A stretch of 32,000 nt of DNA from Candidatus Iainarchaeum sp. (GTDB taxonomy: Archaea > Iainarchaeota > Iainarchaeia > Iainarchaeales > JAZDEL01), in assembly GCA_043808785.1 (NCBI GenBank), contig JAZDEL010000004.1, positions 1-32,000 on the forward strand, written 5' to 3'. A program made the translations under genes and the position numbers. Within the stretch, counting starts at the first letter, position 1. Each line of letters starts with the position of its first letter. Below are positions 1 to 8,592 of the stretch, piece after piece. The notes beneath the pieces were generated by a model. That model was given only the letters and a program-made list of their open reading frames with translations. It made no database searches and was not told the DNA's origin.

Positions 1-1390
1 GCATCTATGAAAACCCCTTTAAACCTTTACCTTTTTCTGCCATCCCATATGCCTCGTAGACATGCATCTATTCGTGCGTCGCGCTTAGCCGAGAGGGCCC
101 CGGCGTGAGAGGCACACTATGTAAAGTCCGTATCGGGCAAGTTTCGGGCTGGCAAGAGGCACATTCATACTAACGCACGTGCTCATGGGAGCAGAGGTGC
201 ATGCCGGAGTCGTGCGTTGACCTAGCCCATCTCCTTACCTCCCGGAGAGTTCACACTTAATGTGCGCCACTCTCTCCTCTCGGTAAGCATGACATATAGG
301 TAGCATAGCATTTTTCTCGCTATGCCCACTACCGCCTTGTTGGCTCCGAGCCTGCACTTGAGCTTCATGTACTTCTTCCTGAGGTGCGGGTCGGAAACAA
401 CTGCCTTGTGTGCGCACTGTATGAGTATCCAGCGCAGAAGCTTGTTGCCTTCCTTAGTGATGTGCCCCCTGCGCAGCGTGCGTGCAGACTGGTGCACGCT
501 CGGCACAAGGCCCGCATATGCGCACAGCTTCTCGCTGTTGGGAAACCTCTTTATGTCTCCCACTTCGGTAGTGACGAACAGCGCGGAGTATTCCCCTATG
601 CCGGGCATTGTAGTCAGCATTTTCACATCGGGATTGGCGTCGACAAGCGCCTTGATGCTCGCCGTAGTCACCTCTATCTTCCCGCTCATAGATGCGTGGA
701 TTGCGAGATAGTTGTCTACCGCCATCCTGCCGGCATACGGCAGGTCGAGGCGCTTCAGCCACTCTATGCCCGCCTTGCCGAACAGGTCGGAAAAGGGCTG
801 CTTTATGCCGTGCCTGTGCAGCACAGAGTGCGTGCTGCGCCTGATGTTTGCCCTCTGCCTTGTGAGGGATGCCCTGTGCCTCACTATGCTCCGTATCTCC
901 CTCACGTGCTTCGGCGGCACATAAGATTCGGGCAGCAGGTCGACGCGCTTGAGCTGCGCTATCGTCCTTGCGTCAATCACATCCGTCTTTATCTTCGCCG
1001 AGGCTATCGCCTTGACCTTCTTCGGGTGGCAGAGCGAGACGCTGCGCCCCCTGTCGTCTATCCAGTCATAGACCGGCTCGTAGAAGCCGCATGCCTCGAG
1101 CGCAAACTCAGTGTCTCCGCTCAGCCCCGAGATAAAGGCATCCAGCGCTTCGGGCGTGTTCATGAACTTCGCTTCCTTCACTATCTTTCCCCTGCTGTCC
1201 ACGACAGCAGCGTTTATGTGCTCCTTATGGACATCGAGTCCCGCATAGAACGTCACTCAAACCACCTCCATAGTGTTGTGTATTGTTCCACTATTTCGGG
1301 GTTTTCATAACATTCATACAAATCAAAGAGTTTGAATGGTTTTTAAACCTTGCCCATGGCGGGTTAGGGCTTTGCGCATGAAAACCTGAC
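1..1390 (-). mobile_element. IS110-family insertion sequence; ends not resolved, and the 3' flank reaches or passes the window edge
   Basis: One transposase ORF (222-1256) has at least 221 nt of non-coding 3' flank and about 130-165 nt of 5' flank. No terminal inverted repeats are visible, which is typical for IS110. Short direct repeats link the two flanks: acattcatac (161-170 / 1310-1319), tttaaacctt (18-27 / 1342-1351) and atgaaaacc (7-15 / 1378-1386). Confidence 0.5.
222..1256 (-). CDS. IS110-family transposase/recombinase (N-terminal DEDD RuvC-like domain plus C-terminal Transposase_20-like HhH domain)
   Basis: The 344-aa ORF starts MTFYAGLDVHKEHINAAVVD (the canonical IS110 N-terminus GxDxHK). 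It carries the C-terminal motif MPGIGEYSALFVTTEVGDIKRF...LCAYAGLVPSVHQS. A GGAGGTG Shine-Dalgarno sequence lies just upstream of the ATG at 1256. Confidence 0.92.
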   Translation of the reverse strand: MTFYAGLDVHKEHINAAVVDSRGKIVKEAKFMNTPEALDAFISGLSGDTEFALEACGFYEPVYDWIDDRGRSVSLCHPKKVKAIASAKIKTDVIDARTIAQLKRVDLLPESYVPPKHVREIRSIVRHRASLTRQRANIRRSTHSVLHRHGIKQPFSDLFGKAGIEWLKRLDLPYAGRMAVDNYLAIHASMSGKIEVTTASIKALVDANPDVKMLTTMPGIGEYSALFVTTEVGDIKRFPNSEKLCAYAGLVPSVHQSARTLRRGHITKEGNKLLRWILIQCAHKAVVSDPHLRKKYMKLKCRLGANKAVVGIARKMLCYLYVMLTERREWRTLSVNSPGGKEMG

Positions 1391-1424
1391 TGGTTTTTAT
1401 TGGTTTTCAGGGCACTATTCCCGT

Positions 1425-2159
1425 ATGCAAACCCCAAAAAAGGCATTCATTCTCGCCGGCGGGAAGGGCGAGAGGCTGCGCCCATTGACGCTTGAGAAGC
1501 CGAAGCCCATGCTGCATGTTAAGGGAATGCCGATACTCGACTGGAATGTGCGCACGCTCGCGCATTTCGGCGTTAAGGAAATCGTGCTCGGCGTGAACTA
1601 TATGCACGAGAAGATAAGGGGGCACTTCGGAAGCGGAAAGGACTGGGGCGTGAAAATTGTTTACAGCAAGGAGGAGGAATATTTGGGCACTGGCGGGGCG
1701 CTTAAATTTGCCGAGAAACTCCTTGGCAGGGGCAGGTTCGTGATGCTGAACGGCGACAATATGATGGATATTGATTATGAGGACATGCTGAAGGTGCACG
1801 AGCGCAACAACGCTTCGGGCACGCTTGCACTTGTTGAAATAGAAAACCCGAAAAAATTCGGGGTTGTTGAAATGGATGCGCGCAACAGCGAGCGCATAAC
1901 CAAATTCACTGAAAAGCCAGGGCAGGAGATTGAAAAGGGGCTGATAAACGCGGGCGCATACATACTCGAGCCCTCGGTATTTGCGCTCCTGCCGCAGGGG
2001 TTTTCCCTGATTGAAAAAACCGCTTTCCCCGAGCTTGCGGGAAAGGGCAAACTATACGGGTTTCTGCACAAAGGGCAGTTCTTTGCCACGGACGATATGG
2101 AAAGGTACAGCCGCGCGTGCGAGAAATGGAAAGGGCATAAGTGCGTGCCGGAAGAGTGA
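1425..2159 (+). CDS. Sugar-1-phosphate nucleotidyltransferase (NTP_transferase family)
   Basis: The N-terminal signature is KAFILAGGKGERLRPLTLEKPKPML (the GxGxRLxPLT loop). LGTGGAL and the overall 244-aa size fit the family. Confidence 0.85.
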   Translation: MQTPKKAFILAGGKGERLRPLTLEKPKPMLHVKGMPILDWNVRTLAHFGVKEIVLGVNYMHEKIRGHFGSGKDWGVKIVYSKEEEYLGTGGALKFAEKLLGRGRFVMLNGDNMMDIDYEDMLKVHERNNASGTLALVEIENPKKFGVVEMDARNSERITKFTEKPGQEIEKGLINAGAYILEPSVFALLPQGFSLIEKTAFPELAGKGKLYGFLHKGQFFATDDMERYSRACEKWKGHKCVPEE

Positions 2160-3208
2160 TGCATATGGCGCTGTCTGCTTCGGAGGAAAAAATACTGAAG
2201 TCCATAGTCGTGGCTTCGGAGAACAACCCGAAAAAGCCCGAATTCCCCCCTGGCGCGCCGAAGTTCCCCGCGACGCCGACATTAAAAATAAAGGTGCCGG
2301 GGTTTTCGGATGTCTGGCTGAAGGACGAAAGCGTCAATCCGACAGGAACGCACAAGGACAGGATGGCTTGGGAAATTGTGGTTACTTACCGAGATTTCCT
2401 GATGGCGAAGAAGCGCGGGCAGATAAGCGGGAAACTGCCGCAGATGTCGATAATTTCCTACGGTTCTGCAGCGGTCGCGATACAGAACATGCTCAAAAAA
2501 TACAGGCTGCCGAACCTGAAGGTAATAGTGGACCTGCGCACAAGCGCGGCCGCAATGAAGGCAATGAAGGAAACGGGGTGCTGCATTTACTTCACCGACC
2601 TGGAGAAAAAGCCGTTCACATGGAGGGAAATACTCGAGATGACGGAAAACCAGGGCGGGTTCGACATAACATCCAACGAGGCATTCGACCCCACAACCCG
2701 CTTTTATGACTGGATGAGCTACGAGATACTGAACTGCTCCCCGGATTACTGCTTCATCCCTTTCGGCACAGGCAACCTTTATGAGAACGTGCTGAATGTG
2801 AACAAAAAGGAGGCCTTGTCGCAGAACCACGACCCGAGGTTTTCAGGAAATGCGGAGGCGCTGAGGAACTGCAACTTCATGGGCGCCACAACAGACAACC
2901 CGCGGTCGAGCGCAAACAAGCTCTACTCCCCGTATCTCCCGTTCGCACACTATAACGACCAGTGGATACGCCTGTACAGGGCATCGGGGTTCTGCGGGCC
3001 CGAATCCAACGTATATGTGGTAAGGGAGCATTTTTTGGATGAGGCGATGGCGCTTGCGGAATCGCAGGGAATAAACTGCGAACCCTCGGGGATTGCGGGG
3101 CTGGCACTGATGCTGCAGATGAAAAGGAAACTTCCGAAAGGAAAAAAAATGCTGATAGTAAACACGGGGAAGACGAAACTTCCCGAGGGGGAAAAAGAAT
3201 GGACCTGA
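2159..3208 (+). CDS. Divergent PLP-dependent enzyme, tryptophan-synthase-beta-like (fold type II) family; specific activity unknown
   Basis: The motif [20 protein letters not shown] matches the xNPTGSFKDR PLP-lysine motif of threonine/cysteine-synthase-like enzymes. A glycine loop FGTGNL is present. The ORF opens at 2141, but the ATG at 2159 overlaps the upstream stop (TGATG) and is the likely start. The 3' end overlaps the apt start by 10 nt. Confidence 0.7.
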   Translation: MHMALSASEEKILKSIVVASENNPKKPEFPPGAPKFPATPTLKIKVPGFSDVWLKDESVNPTGTHKDRMAWEIVVTYRDFLMAKKRGQISGKLPQMSIISYGSAAVAIQNMLKKYRLPNLKVIVDLRTSAAAMKAMKETGCCIYFTDLEKKPFTWREILEMTENQGGFDITSNEAFDPTTRFYDWMSYEILNCSPDYCFIPFGTGNLYENVLNVNKKEALSQNHDPRFSGNAEALRNCNFMGATTDNPRSSANKLYSPYLPFAHYNDQWIRLYRASGFCGPESNVYVVREHFLDEAMALAESQGINCEPSGIAGLALMLQMKRKLPKGKKMLIVNTGKTKLPEGEKEWT

Positions 3209-3723
3209 AGAAAAAAATACGCGAAATACCCGATTTCCCGAAGAAGGGAATTTTGTTCTATGATGTAACTACGCTGATGAAGGACGCCGGCGCGTTCAAA
3301 TATGCCGTAGACCGCATGGTGGAGCACTATGCCGAAAAAAAAATAAAGGTGGACAAGGTCGTAAGCATGGAAAGCCGCGGGTTTATTTTGGGTTCGGTTC
3401 TTGCGTATGAACTCGGGGCCGGTTTCGTGCCGATAAGGAAACCGGGGAAACTTCCCGCAAAATGCCTGCGCGAGGAGTATGCGCTTGAATACGGCACGGA
3501 TAAATTAGAGATGCATGAGGATGCCGTGGGGAAGGGGGAGAGGGTGCTGATTGTCGACGACCTTCTTGCCACAGGCGGGACCTGCGCGGCAACCGTGAAA
3601 CTCGTCGAAAAGATGGGCGGGAATGTTGTCGGATGCGGCTTCCTGATTGAACTCACTTTTCTGAAGGGCAGGGAGAAATTAAAAGGGCACGATGTTTTTG
3701 CCCTGCTGAAATACGATAAGTGA
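3199..3723 (+). CDS. apt: Adenine phosphoribosyltransferase
   Basis: Full-length match to the APRT pattern: [17 protein letters not shown]..., the PRPP loop [13 protein letters not shown], and ...EYALEYG. The product is 174 aa. Confidence 0.93.
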   Translation: MDLKKKIREIPDFPKKGILFYDVTTLMKDAGAFKYAVDRMVEHYAEKKIKVDKVVSMESRGFILGSVLAYELGAGFVPIRKPGKLPAKCLREEYALEYGTDKLEMHEDAVGKGERVLIVDDLLATGGTCAATVKLVEKMGGNVVGCGFLIELTFLKGREKLKGHDVFALLKYDK

Positions 3724-3727
3724 GAAT

Positions 3728-5224
3728 TCAGGCGCGGCGCAGTTCAATCCCGCTTATGCAGAGCCCTGTCTTTTCGATCTCAATCCGGATATCCGTGCCG
3801 AGCGAGCCCTCGTGCCTGAAGCGCGCGAGAGGGAGGGGCACAGATACGGTTTCCCACCCGCCTGTTGCCGCTGCACTAAATTCACCGATAAGTTCAGGGG
3901 CGTAGACAAAAAAATGCTTATCCGTGTCCGCGAAGAATTCAATTTCAAGGGAGTAGCCCGCGGGGCCAGCCAATGCAAAAGTGTCGGCGACACCGATATC
4001 AAGCGGGGCGAGGTAGTTTGCTATCCCCCCGCCTATGGGGGAAATTGTGCCTGTTGTGTTCGGTTTCGGGGAAACGCATTCCTTCCCCCCGTGGGTTTCA
4101 AAAAGCATTCCCTGCAGGTAAGGCACGGTTATTCCCGAGAACTGCGGATTCTTTCCGAGCGCTGCTGAAACAAAACCAACAGCGCGCAGTTTTGGCACTG
4201 GTTCGGGCGGAACCACGCCCTGCCTGAAATAATCCGAATATTTTTTCGTGAGTTCGATGTAAGCCCTGCCGTAGCGCGCGGTATCGCAAACTTCCGAACC
4301 CTCGTAAAGTTCGTTCCAGGTTTCAAGCGCGATTATTTTTTTGTTGTTTTGGAGCGCGTCCGAAATCGCGGAGCGCCAGGACTGCGCGTAAAAGAAACCA
4401 TTCTCCCTGTCCCGCACAATGTTGCCCGCGTGTTTCGTGAAATCGTCATAACCTGGACCCACCTGGTTCACGCTTTCATATTGCGTGCCGAAGGGAGCGG
4501 CGCCCCAGACGAAGCCGAGGCCGGAACTGATGCCCGCGAACTCGCAATTGTTGCCTGTACAACCACGGGCAAGAACAACCAGCGGGGTTTCATTGAAATC
4601 CTGCGCAAAGCGCTGCGTGAAATAATCGAACCCTTCCTGCGTTGCCTTCATCCCGAAACCCGAGGAAAAAAACCACGTAATCGGTTTTCCATCTATGCGC
4701 GCCCAGTGCTCTTTCGGAACGCGCGAGTAGAAATTATAGATATGCCTGTAAAAGAACCGTTTCCCTTCCTCCGTTGACATGTCTTTCGGCACTGTGTCGG
4801 GGTATGTGTCGTAGATTGCATCAAAGAACATCGCCAACTTCGGCGGCTTCCCGCCTTCCGCAATCAGTTCCTCGCGCGCCTGCACAAGGTTCTGCAAGCC
4901 GATGTACGACCAATGTTCGGTTTCCTTATCCTTTCCCCACCAGCTCACGAGGGCAATATCAATGCCAGCATCCTCCATATCGGAAAGTTCGCGCTTGAAC
5001 CATGCAACATCGGAGTAGCCGAACGGCTTTCCTTCTGGAGGTGCATCCCTCAATTCGCCCATTTCGGGAACAGGGTACCAGTAATAGAAATATGCCGCGA
5101 CAAGTTTCTGTTCGCCTGTGAATGTTTCACCGAGCTTGTCTTTCGGCGGCTGTGCCTGCGTGCACCCGAAAAGCAGGATTGCGCATATTGCAAGGCACAC
5201 AGGGAGCAACGGAAACGCGCGCAT
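3728..5224 (-). CDS. Secreted lipoprotein with a GH99-like / DUF5010-like glycoside-hydrolase fold and a C-terminal beta-rich domain
   Basis: The internal Met at 5224 gives MRAFPLLPVCLAICAILLFGC, a signal peptide with an LFGC lipobox. Motifs AAYFYYWY, LVSWWG, GPGYDD and ALETWNELYEGSE resemble the GH99/DUF5010 signatures (SFNEWHEGT). The 651-aa ORF extension upstream of 5224 overlaps mtnA and is rejected. Confidence 0.65.
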   Translation of the reverse strand: MRAFPLLPVCLAICAILLFGCTQAQPPKDKLGETFTGEQKLVAAYFYYWYPVPEMGELRDAPPEGKPFGYSDVAWFKRELSDMEDAGIDIALVSWWGKDKETEHWSYIGLQNLVQAREELIAEGGKPPKLAMFFDAIYDTYPDTVPKDMSTEEGKRFFYRHIYNFYSRVPKEHWARIDGKPITWFFSSGFGMKATQEGFDYFTQRFAQDFNETPLVVLARGCTGNNCEFAGISSGLGFVWGAAPFGTQYESVNQVGPGYDDFTKHAGNIVRDRENGFFYAQSWRSAISDALQNNKKIIALETWNELYEGSEVCDTARYGRAYIELTKKYSDYFRQGVVPPEPVPKLRAVGFVSAALGKNPQFSGITVPYLQGMLFETHGGKECVSPKPNTTGTISPIGGGIANYLAPLDIGVADTFALAGPAGYSLEIEFFADTDKHFFVYAPELIGEFSAAATGGWETVSVPLPLARFRHEGSLGTDIRIEIEKTGLCISGIELRRA

Positions 5225-5290
5225 ACATGAAGCATATTGAATGAATAAAATTAAAATAAGGTCCTCGCAATTTATTTTCTGGTTTTGGGG

Positions 5291-6286
5291 ATGATTGCAC
5301 AGGGAAAGCAGTACGTCACTGTCTGGCTCGAAGGGAGCACGGTGAAAATGATAAACCAGCTGCTGCTGCCGGAGAAGTTCGAGATTGCGGAGTTCACGGA
5401 CTACGCGCAGACAGCAAAGGCAATCAAAACCATGGTTGTAAGGGGCGCGGGCGCGATTGGCGCAAGCGCGGGCTATGCGATGGCGCAGGCTTTTTTGGCG
5501 GGGGAGGATGCAAAGGAAGCGCGCAGGGTTATTGAGGCAACAAGGCCGACTGCGGTGGATTTGTTTGTAGCAACAAAAATGGTTTTTGACGCGGGGGAGA
5601 GGGGGGGTAAGGAAGCTGCTGTCCGTGCAGCCGAGAAATATGCGAGCGATAATGCCGAGGCAGGGAGAAAAATTGGCGAGCACGGCGCGCAGCTACTCAG
5701 GAACGGAACGCGCGTTCTGACGCACTGCAACGCGGGATGGCTTGCTTTCGTTGACTGGGGGAGCGCGCTTGCGCCTATTTATGTTGCGAAAAGAAAGGGG
5801 AAGAAAATTTTCGTGTGGGTTGATGAAACCCGCCCAAGGCTGCAGGGAGCGAGGTTAACCGCGTGGGAACTTGCGAACGAGGGCGTCGAACACGCGATTA
5901 TTGCGGACAATGCAGCTGGGCATTTCATGCAGCGCGGGGAAGTTGATTTGTGCATTGTCGGCGCGGACAGGGTTGCCGCGAACGGCGATACCGCGAACAA
6001 GATAGGCACATATGAGAAAGCGGTGCTCGCGCACGAGAACGGAATTCCTTTTTATGTCGCGGTACCGACAACGACAATCGACATGAACACCGCAAGCGGC
6101 GGAAAAATAAAAATCGAGGAGCGGGGTGAAGAGGAAGTTCTGGATGTGCAGGGCATAAGGGTTGCAAACGCCTCCTCCCGCGCGCGGAATCCCGCGTTCG
6201 ACGTCACGCCGGCGCGGTACATCACGGGATTCATAACTGAAAAGGGAATAGTTACTGCCGACATGCTGGAGAAAATTTCACGCTGA
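5291..6286 (+). CDS. mtnA: S-methyl-5-thioribose-1-phosphate isomerase (eIF-2B alpha/beta/delta-like family)
   Basis: Motifs VRGAGAIGASAGYA, THCNAGWLA, DETRPRLQGARLTAWEL, GADRVAANGDTANKIGTY and NPAFDVTPARYITGFITE are the MtnA pattern. The ORF opens with TTG at 5285, and the ATG at 5291 is the likely start. Confidence 0.9.
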   Translation: MIAQGKQYVTVWLEGSTVKMINQLLLPEKFEIAEFTDYAQTAKAIKTMVVRGAGAIGASAGYAMAQAFLAGEDAKEARRVIEATRPTAVDLFVATKMVFDAGERGGKEAAVRAAEKYASDNAEAGRKIGEHGAQLLRNGTRVLTHCNAGWLAFVDWGSALAPIYVAKRKGKKIFVWVDETRPRLQGARLTAWELANEGVEHAIIADNAAGHFMQRGEVDLCIVGADRVAANGDTANKIGTYEKAVLAHENGIPFYVAVPTTTIDMNTASGGKIKIEERGEEEVLDVQGIRVANASSRARNPAFDVTPARYITGFITEKGIVTADMLEKISR

Positions 6287-6325
6287 CCCCGCGCATCCAG
6301 TTTGCTGGCGAATCCACATCAGGCA

Positions 6326-6646
6326 CTACGTTGTTGCGAGCTTTGTCGCTATGTCGCTGGCTGCGGCCTTTACGCCCCTCACTTTAATCGAACCCGCGAT
6401 TATTTTCAGCTTATCTTCAGTCAAAACGGAAAGGCGCTTCGCGCCAAAGTCGGGAGCGGAAAGGAAATCTGCAAATTCGCATATTTCCGCCTCTTTCACG
6501 CCGCACTGCCCGAGGGTTGCAACACACCTTTCACCGACAATTTTTCCCGCTGCGCCGAGGGTTTTTACGCTGCCCGGAGGCACGTAAGGCTTCCAGCCCT
6601 TTCTCTTTGGTGCGTTTCGTTGTTTCCCTGGCAAGCTAACCGCCAA
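6326..6646 (-). CDS. Hypothetical small basic protein (106 aa)
   Basis: This is the most protein-like of three overlapping ORFs in this gap. No family was recognised, and coding status is uncertain. Confidence 0.35.
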   Translation of the reverse strand: MAVSLPGKQRNAPKRKGWKPYVPPGSVKTLGAAGKIVGERCVATLGQCGVKEAEICEFADFLSAPDFGAKRLSVLTEDKLKIIAGSIKVRGVKAAASDIATKLATT

Positions 6647-6738
6647 TTATAATAACGCACGCGGATATAAAAACATTTCCCGCGTTTGCCGGAAGGGGAA
6701 ACAACGGTTTTTATTGGGTTCATGCATTGTTATTTGCT

Positions 6739-7377
6739 ATGAAAAAGAAGGGTTCGGATTCTGCAGACGGGAGCTCGCTTGCGAAGTTCTCAACTATTTT
6801 TATGGGCGGCAGGGTTAGGGGCGCGGACATATATACTATACATATAAATGAACTAATACAGTGGGGCAGGGTGTTTGCCAGGGAGGGCCTGCTTGAGCAC
6901 GGAAGGGAGGAGAAGGCGGGCAACCTTTCCTTCAGGGGGAGGGGAAGCATATTCATAACCGCTTCGGGCGCGGACCTTGCACGCCTGCACAAAAGCGATT
7001 TTACCGAAGTGCTTGGCTGGGGCAGCGGGAAGAAAGGCGATTTCGTTTTCGCCCGCGGCGCAAAGGAGCCGAGCAGCGAGAGCATAATGCACTTTGAAAT
7101 TTACCGCGCGCGGAAAGATGCGAAATTCATTTTCCACGGGCACAGCATGGAGATTTTGCGGAGCGCGAAAAAACTCGGCATACCATGCACGAAAACAAAA
7201 AAACCCTACGGAACCACGGCGCTGGTTTGGGAAACAGTACGTGCGGTTGAAAAAAACAAAAAAAACGGGTTCGTGGTTCTCAAGGGGCACGGGTTTGTTT
7301 CCCTCGGAGGGAGCGCGAAAGAGGCTGGGGATTTGGCAATAAAAGTGCAAAAGTCCGCAGAGCGAGGGGTTAAATAA
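6739..7377 (+). CDS. Class II aldolase/adducin-fold protein (MtnB dehydratase-like or Ald2-type methylthioribulose-1-P aldolase)
   Basis: Motifs GNLSFRGRGSIFITASGADL, PSSESIMHFEIY, the His pair FHGHS and LKGHGFVSLGGSAKEAGDLA fit the class II aldolase/adducin domain. The ORF opens with TTG at 6727, and the ATG at 6739 (MKKKG) is the likely start. Confidence 0.8.
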   Translation: MKKKGSDSADGSSLAKFSTIFMGGRVRGADIYTIHINELIQWGRVFAREGLLEHGREEKAGNLSFRGRGSIFITASGADLARLHKSDFTEVLGWGSGKKGDFVFARGAKEPSSESIMHFEIYRARKDAKFIFHGHSMEILRSAKKLGIPCTKTKKPYGTTALVWETVRAVEKNKKNGFVVLKGHGFVSLGGSAKEAGDLAIKVQKSAERGVK

Positions 7378-7410
7378 TTTTTGCGGCTTATTCCAGGTGG
7401 TGGCAAAAGC

Positions 7411-8190
7411 ATGATAGGCATAATCGGCGGATACGGAATCCTTGATGAAAAGGCGCTCAAGGGCGCGAAAAAGAAAAGCGTGAAAACAAAATGGGGAAAG
7501 CCGAGCGGCAGGATTACCGTGGGGAAGCTGCATGGCGTTGAAGTTGCATTCTTGCCCAGGCACGGGGAGAAGCACATACATAACCCGACAAATGTGCCTT
7601 ACCGCGCGAATATTGCCGCGCTGAAAAAACTAGGCTGCGGGCACATTATTTCCGTGAATGCCGTTGGTTCATTGCGCGACGAGATAATGCCTGGAGAGGT
7701 TGTTTTCGTCGACCAGATGATTGACTTCACGCACAAGAGGCACAGGACTTTTTACGACGAGAAAAAGGTCGCGCACATCGGCGTTGCGGAGCCCTCGTGC
7801 AATGCTCTGAGGAAGGTGCTTATAAACGCGGCAAGGGAACTCGGCATAAGCCACAAGGAAATGGGCACATATGTCTGCATAGAGGGGCCGAGGTTTTCGA
7901 CGCGCGCGGAATCAAGAATGTTCAGGGCGTGGGGCGGGGATGTGATAGGGATGACAATGGCACCCGAGGCCGTGCTCGCGCGCGAGGCGGAAATGTGCTA
8001 CGCGAACATCGCAACTGTAACCGATTACGACACTTTCAGGGAAGAGGAAAGCGTGAGCACGGAACTCGTGCTTAAGACAATGGAAAAGAACACCGCGGAC
8101 GTCAGGAGAATTCTCGCGCACGCCCTGCCGCGGATTGAAAAGGAAAGGAAATGCGTTTGCAGCAGCGCGCTGAAGGGCGCGTTTATCTGA
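7411..8190 (+). CDS. mtnP: S-methyl-5'-thioadenosine phosphorylase
   Basis: Motifs MIGIIGGYG, FLPRHGEKHIHNPTNVPYRANIAALKKLG, GPRFSTRAESRMFRAWGGDVIGMT and ATVTDYD match MTAP. The ATG at 7411 is preferred over the ORF opening at 7381. Confidence 0.92.
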   Translation: MIGIIGGYGILDEKALKGAKKKSVKTKWGKPSGRITVGKLHGVEVAFLPRHGEKHIHNPTNVPYRANIAALKKLGCGHIISVNAVGSLRDEIMPGEVVFVDQMIDFTHKRHRTFYDEKKVAHIGVAEPSCNALRKVLINAARELGISHKEMGTYVCIEGPRFSTRAESRMFRAWGGDVIGMTMAPEAVLAREAEMCYANIATVTDYDTFREEESVSTELVLKTMEKNTADVRRILAHALPRIEKERKCVCSSALKGAFI

Positions 8191-8210
8191 GCGCGGCAAA
8201 AAAGCCGCGC
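8191..8210. terminator. Hairpin between the convergent genes mtnP and DUF4389
   Basis: GCGCGGC-AAAAAA-GCCGCGC forms a perfect 7-bp stem immediately after the mtnP stop codon. Confidence 0.4.
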
Positions 8211-8238
8211 CCATTAACACGCAATTTAACCGAACCCT

Positions 8239-8511
8239 TTACTCCGGCAGTATCGGCGGCCTTTCATCCGTGAGCAGGCAGTAATATGCGCTGAACTTCG
8301 CCTGATATTCCCAGTATTTCTGCATCAGCGACGTCATTACCCTTTTCCCGAGTACGAGGATTGTGAACAGGTTGACAACCCAGAGCACGCAGAATATTAT
8401 GCTCAGGACTATCAGCACAATGTACAGCGGAATCCAGTACACGAGCCTTATAAGGAGTTCAATCCTGGATGCCTTCTCCGCGGATTTCACTGAAGTTGTT
8501 ACGGTTTCCAA
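8239..8511 (-). CDS. DUF4389-family membrane protein
   Basis: RIELLIRLVYWIPLYIVL...WVVNLFTILVLGKR...AYYCLLTDERPP matches the DUF4389 pattern. The likely start is TTG at 8511, preceded by GGAGGTG (8517-8523). The ORF extension up to 8592 lacks an RBS. Confidence 0.75.
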   Translation of the reverse strand: METVTTSVKSAEKASRIELLIRLVYWIPLYIVLIVLSIIFCVLWVVNLFTILVLGKRVMTSLMQKYWEYQAKFSAYYCLLTDERPPILPE

Positions 8512-8592
8512 AGGAACACCTCCTGCGCTATTTGGAATTCCTTGAATAAAAGGGTTGCGGTGCGGGTTTATACATAACCAACACAGGCACAC

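Noticed and set aside
384-1310. 308-aa plus-strand ORF covering almost the whole IS110 transposase gene
   Set aside because: It is antisense to an ORF with unmistakable IS110 motifs. Its sequence is R/L/P/H-rich with no recognisable motif, which is typical of a shadow ORF.
2011-2709. 232-aa plus-strand ORF overlapping the end of the nucleotidyltransferase gene and the start of the PLP-enzyme gene
   Set aside because: It is out of frame with two motif-supported genes, and its R/G/K-rich composition has no family signature.
5225-5683. N-terminal 153-codon extension of the 3728-5683 minus-strand ORF
   Set aside because: It overlaps the well-supported mtnA gene on the other strand and is C/R/L-rich nonsense. 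The internal ATG at 5224 yields a textbook signal peptide and lipobox.
5291-6286. Alternative reading of the eIF-2B-like gene as ribose-1,5-bisphosphate isomerase or a translation factor subunit
   Set aside because: The DETRPRLQGARLTAWEL and THCNAGWLA motifs, and the adjacency to MTAP, fit MtnA. No AMP phosphorylase or type III RuBisCO is present in the window.
6853-7581. 242-aa minus-strand ORF spanning the aldolase / MTAP junction
   Set aside because: It is antisense to two motif-supported genes and crosses their intergenic spacer. It matches no recognisable family.
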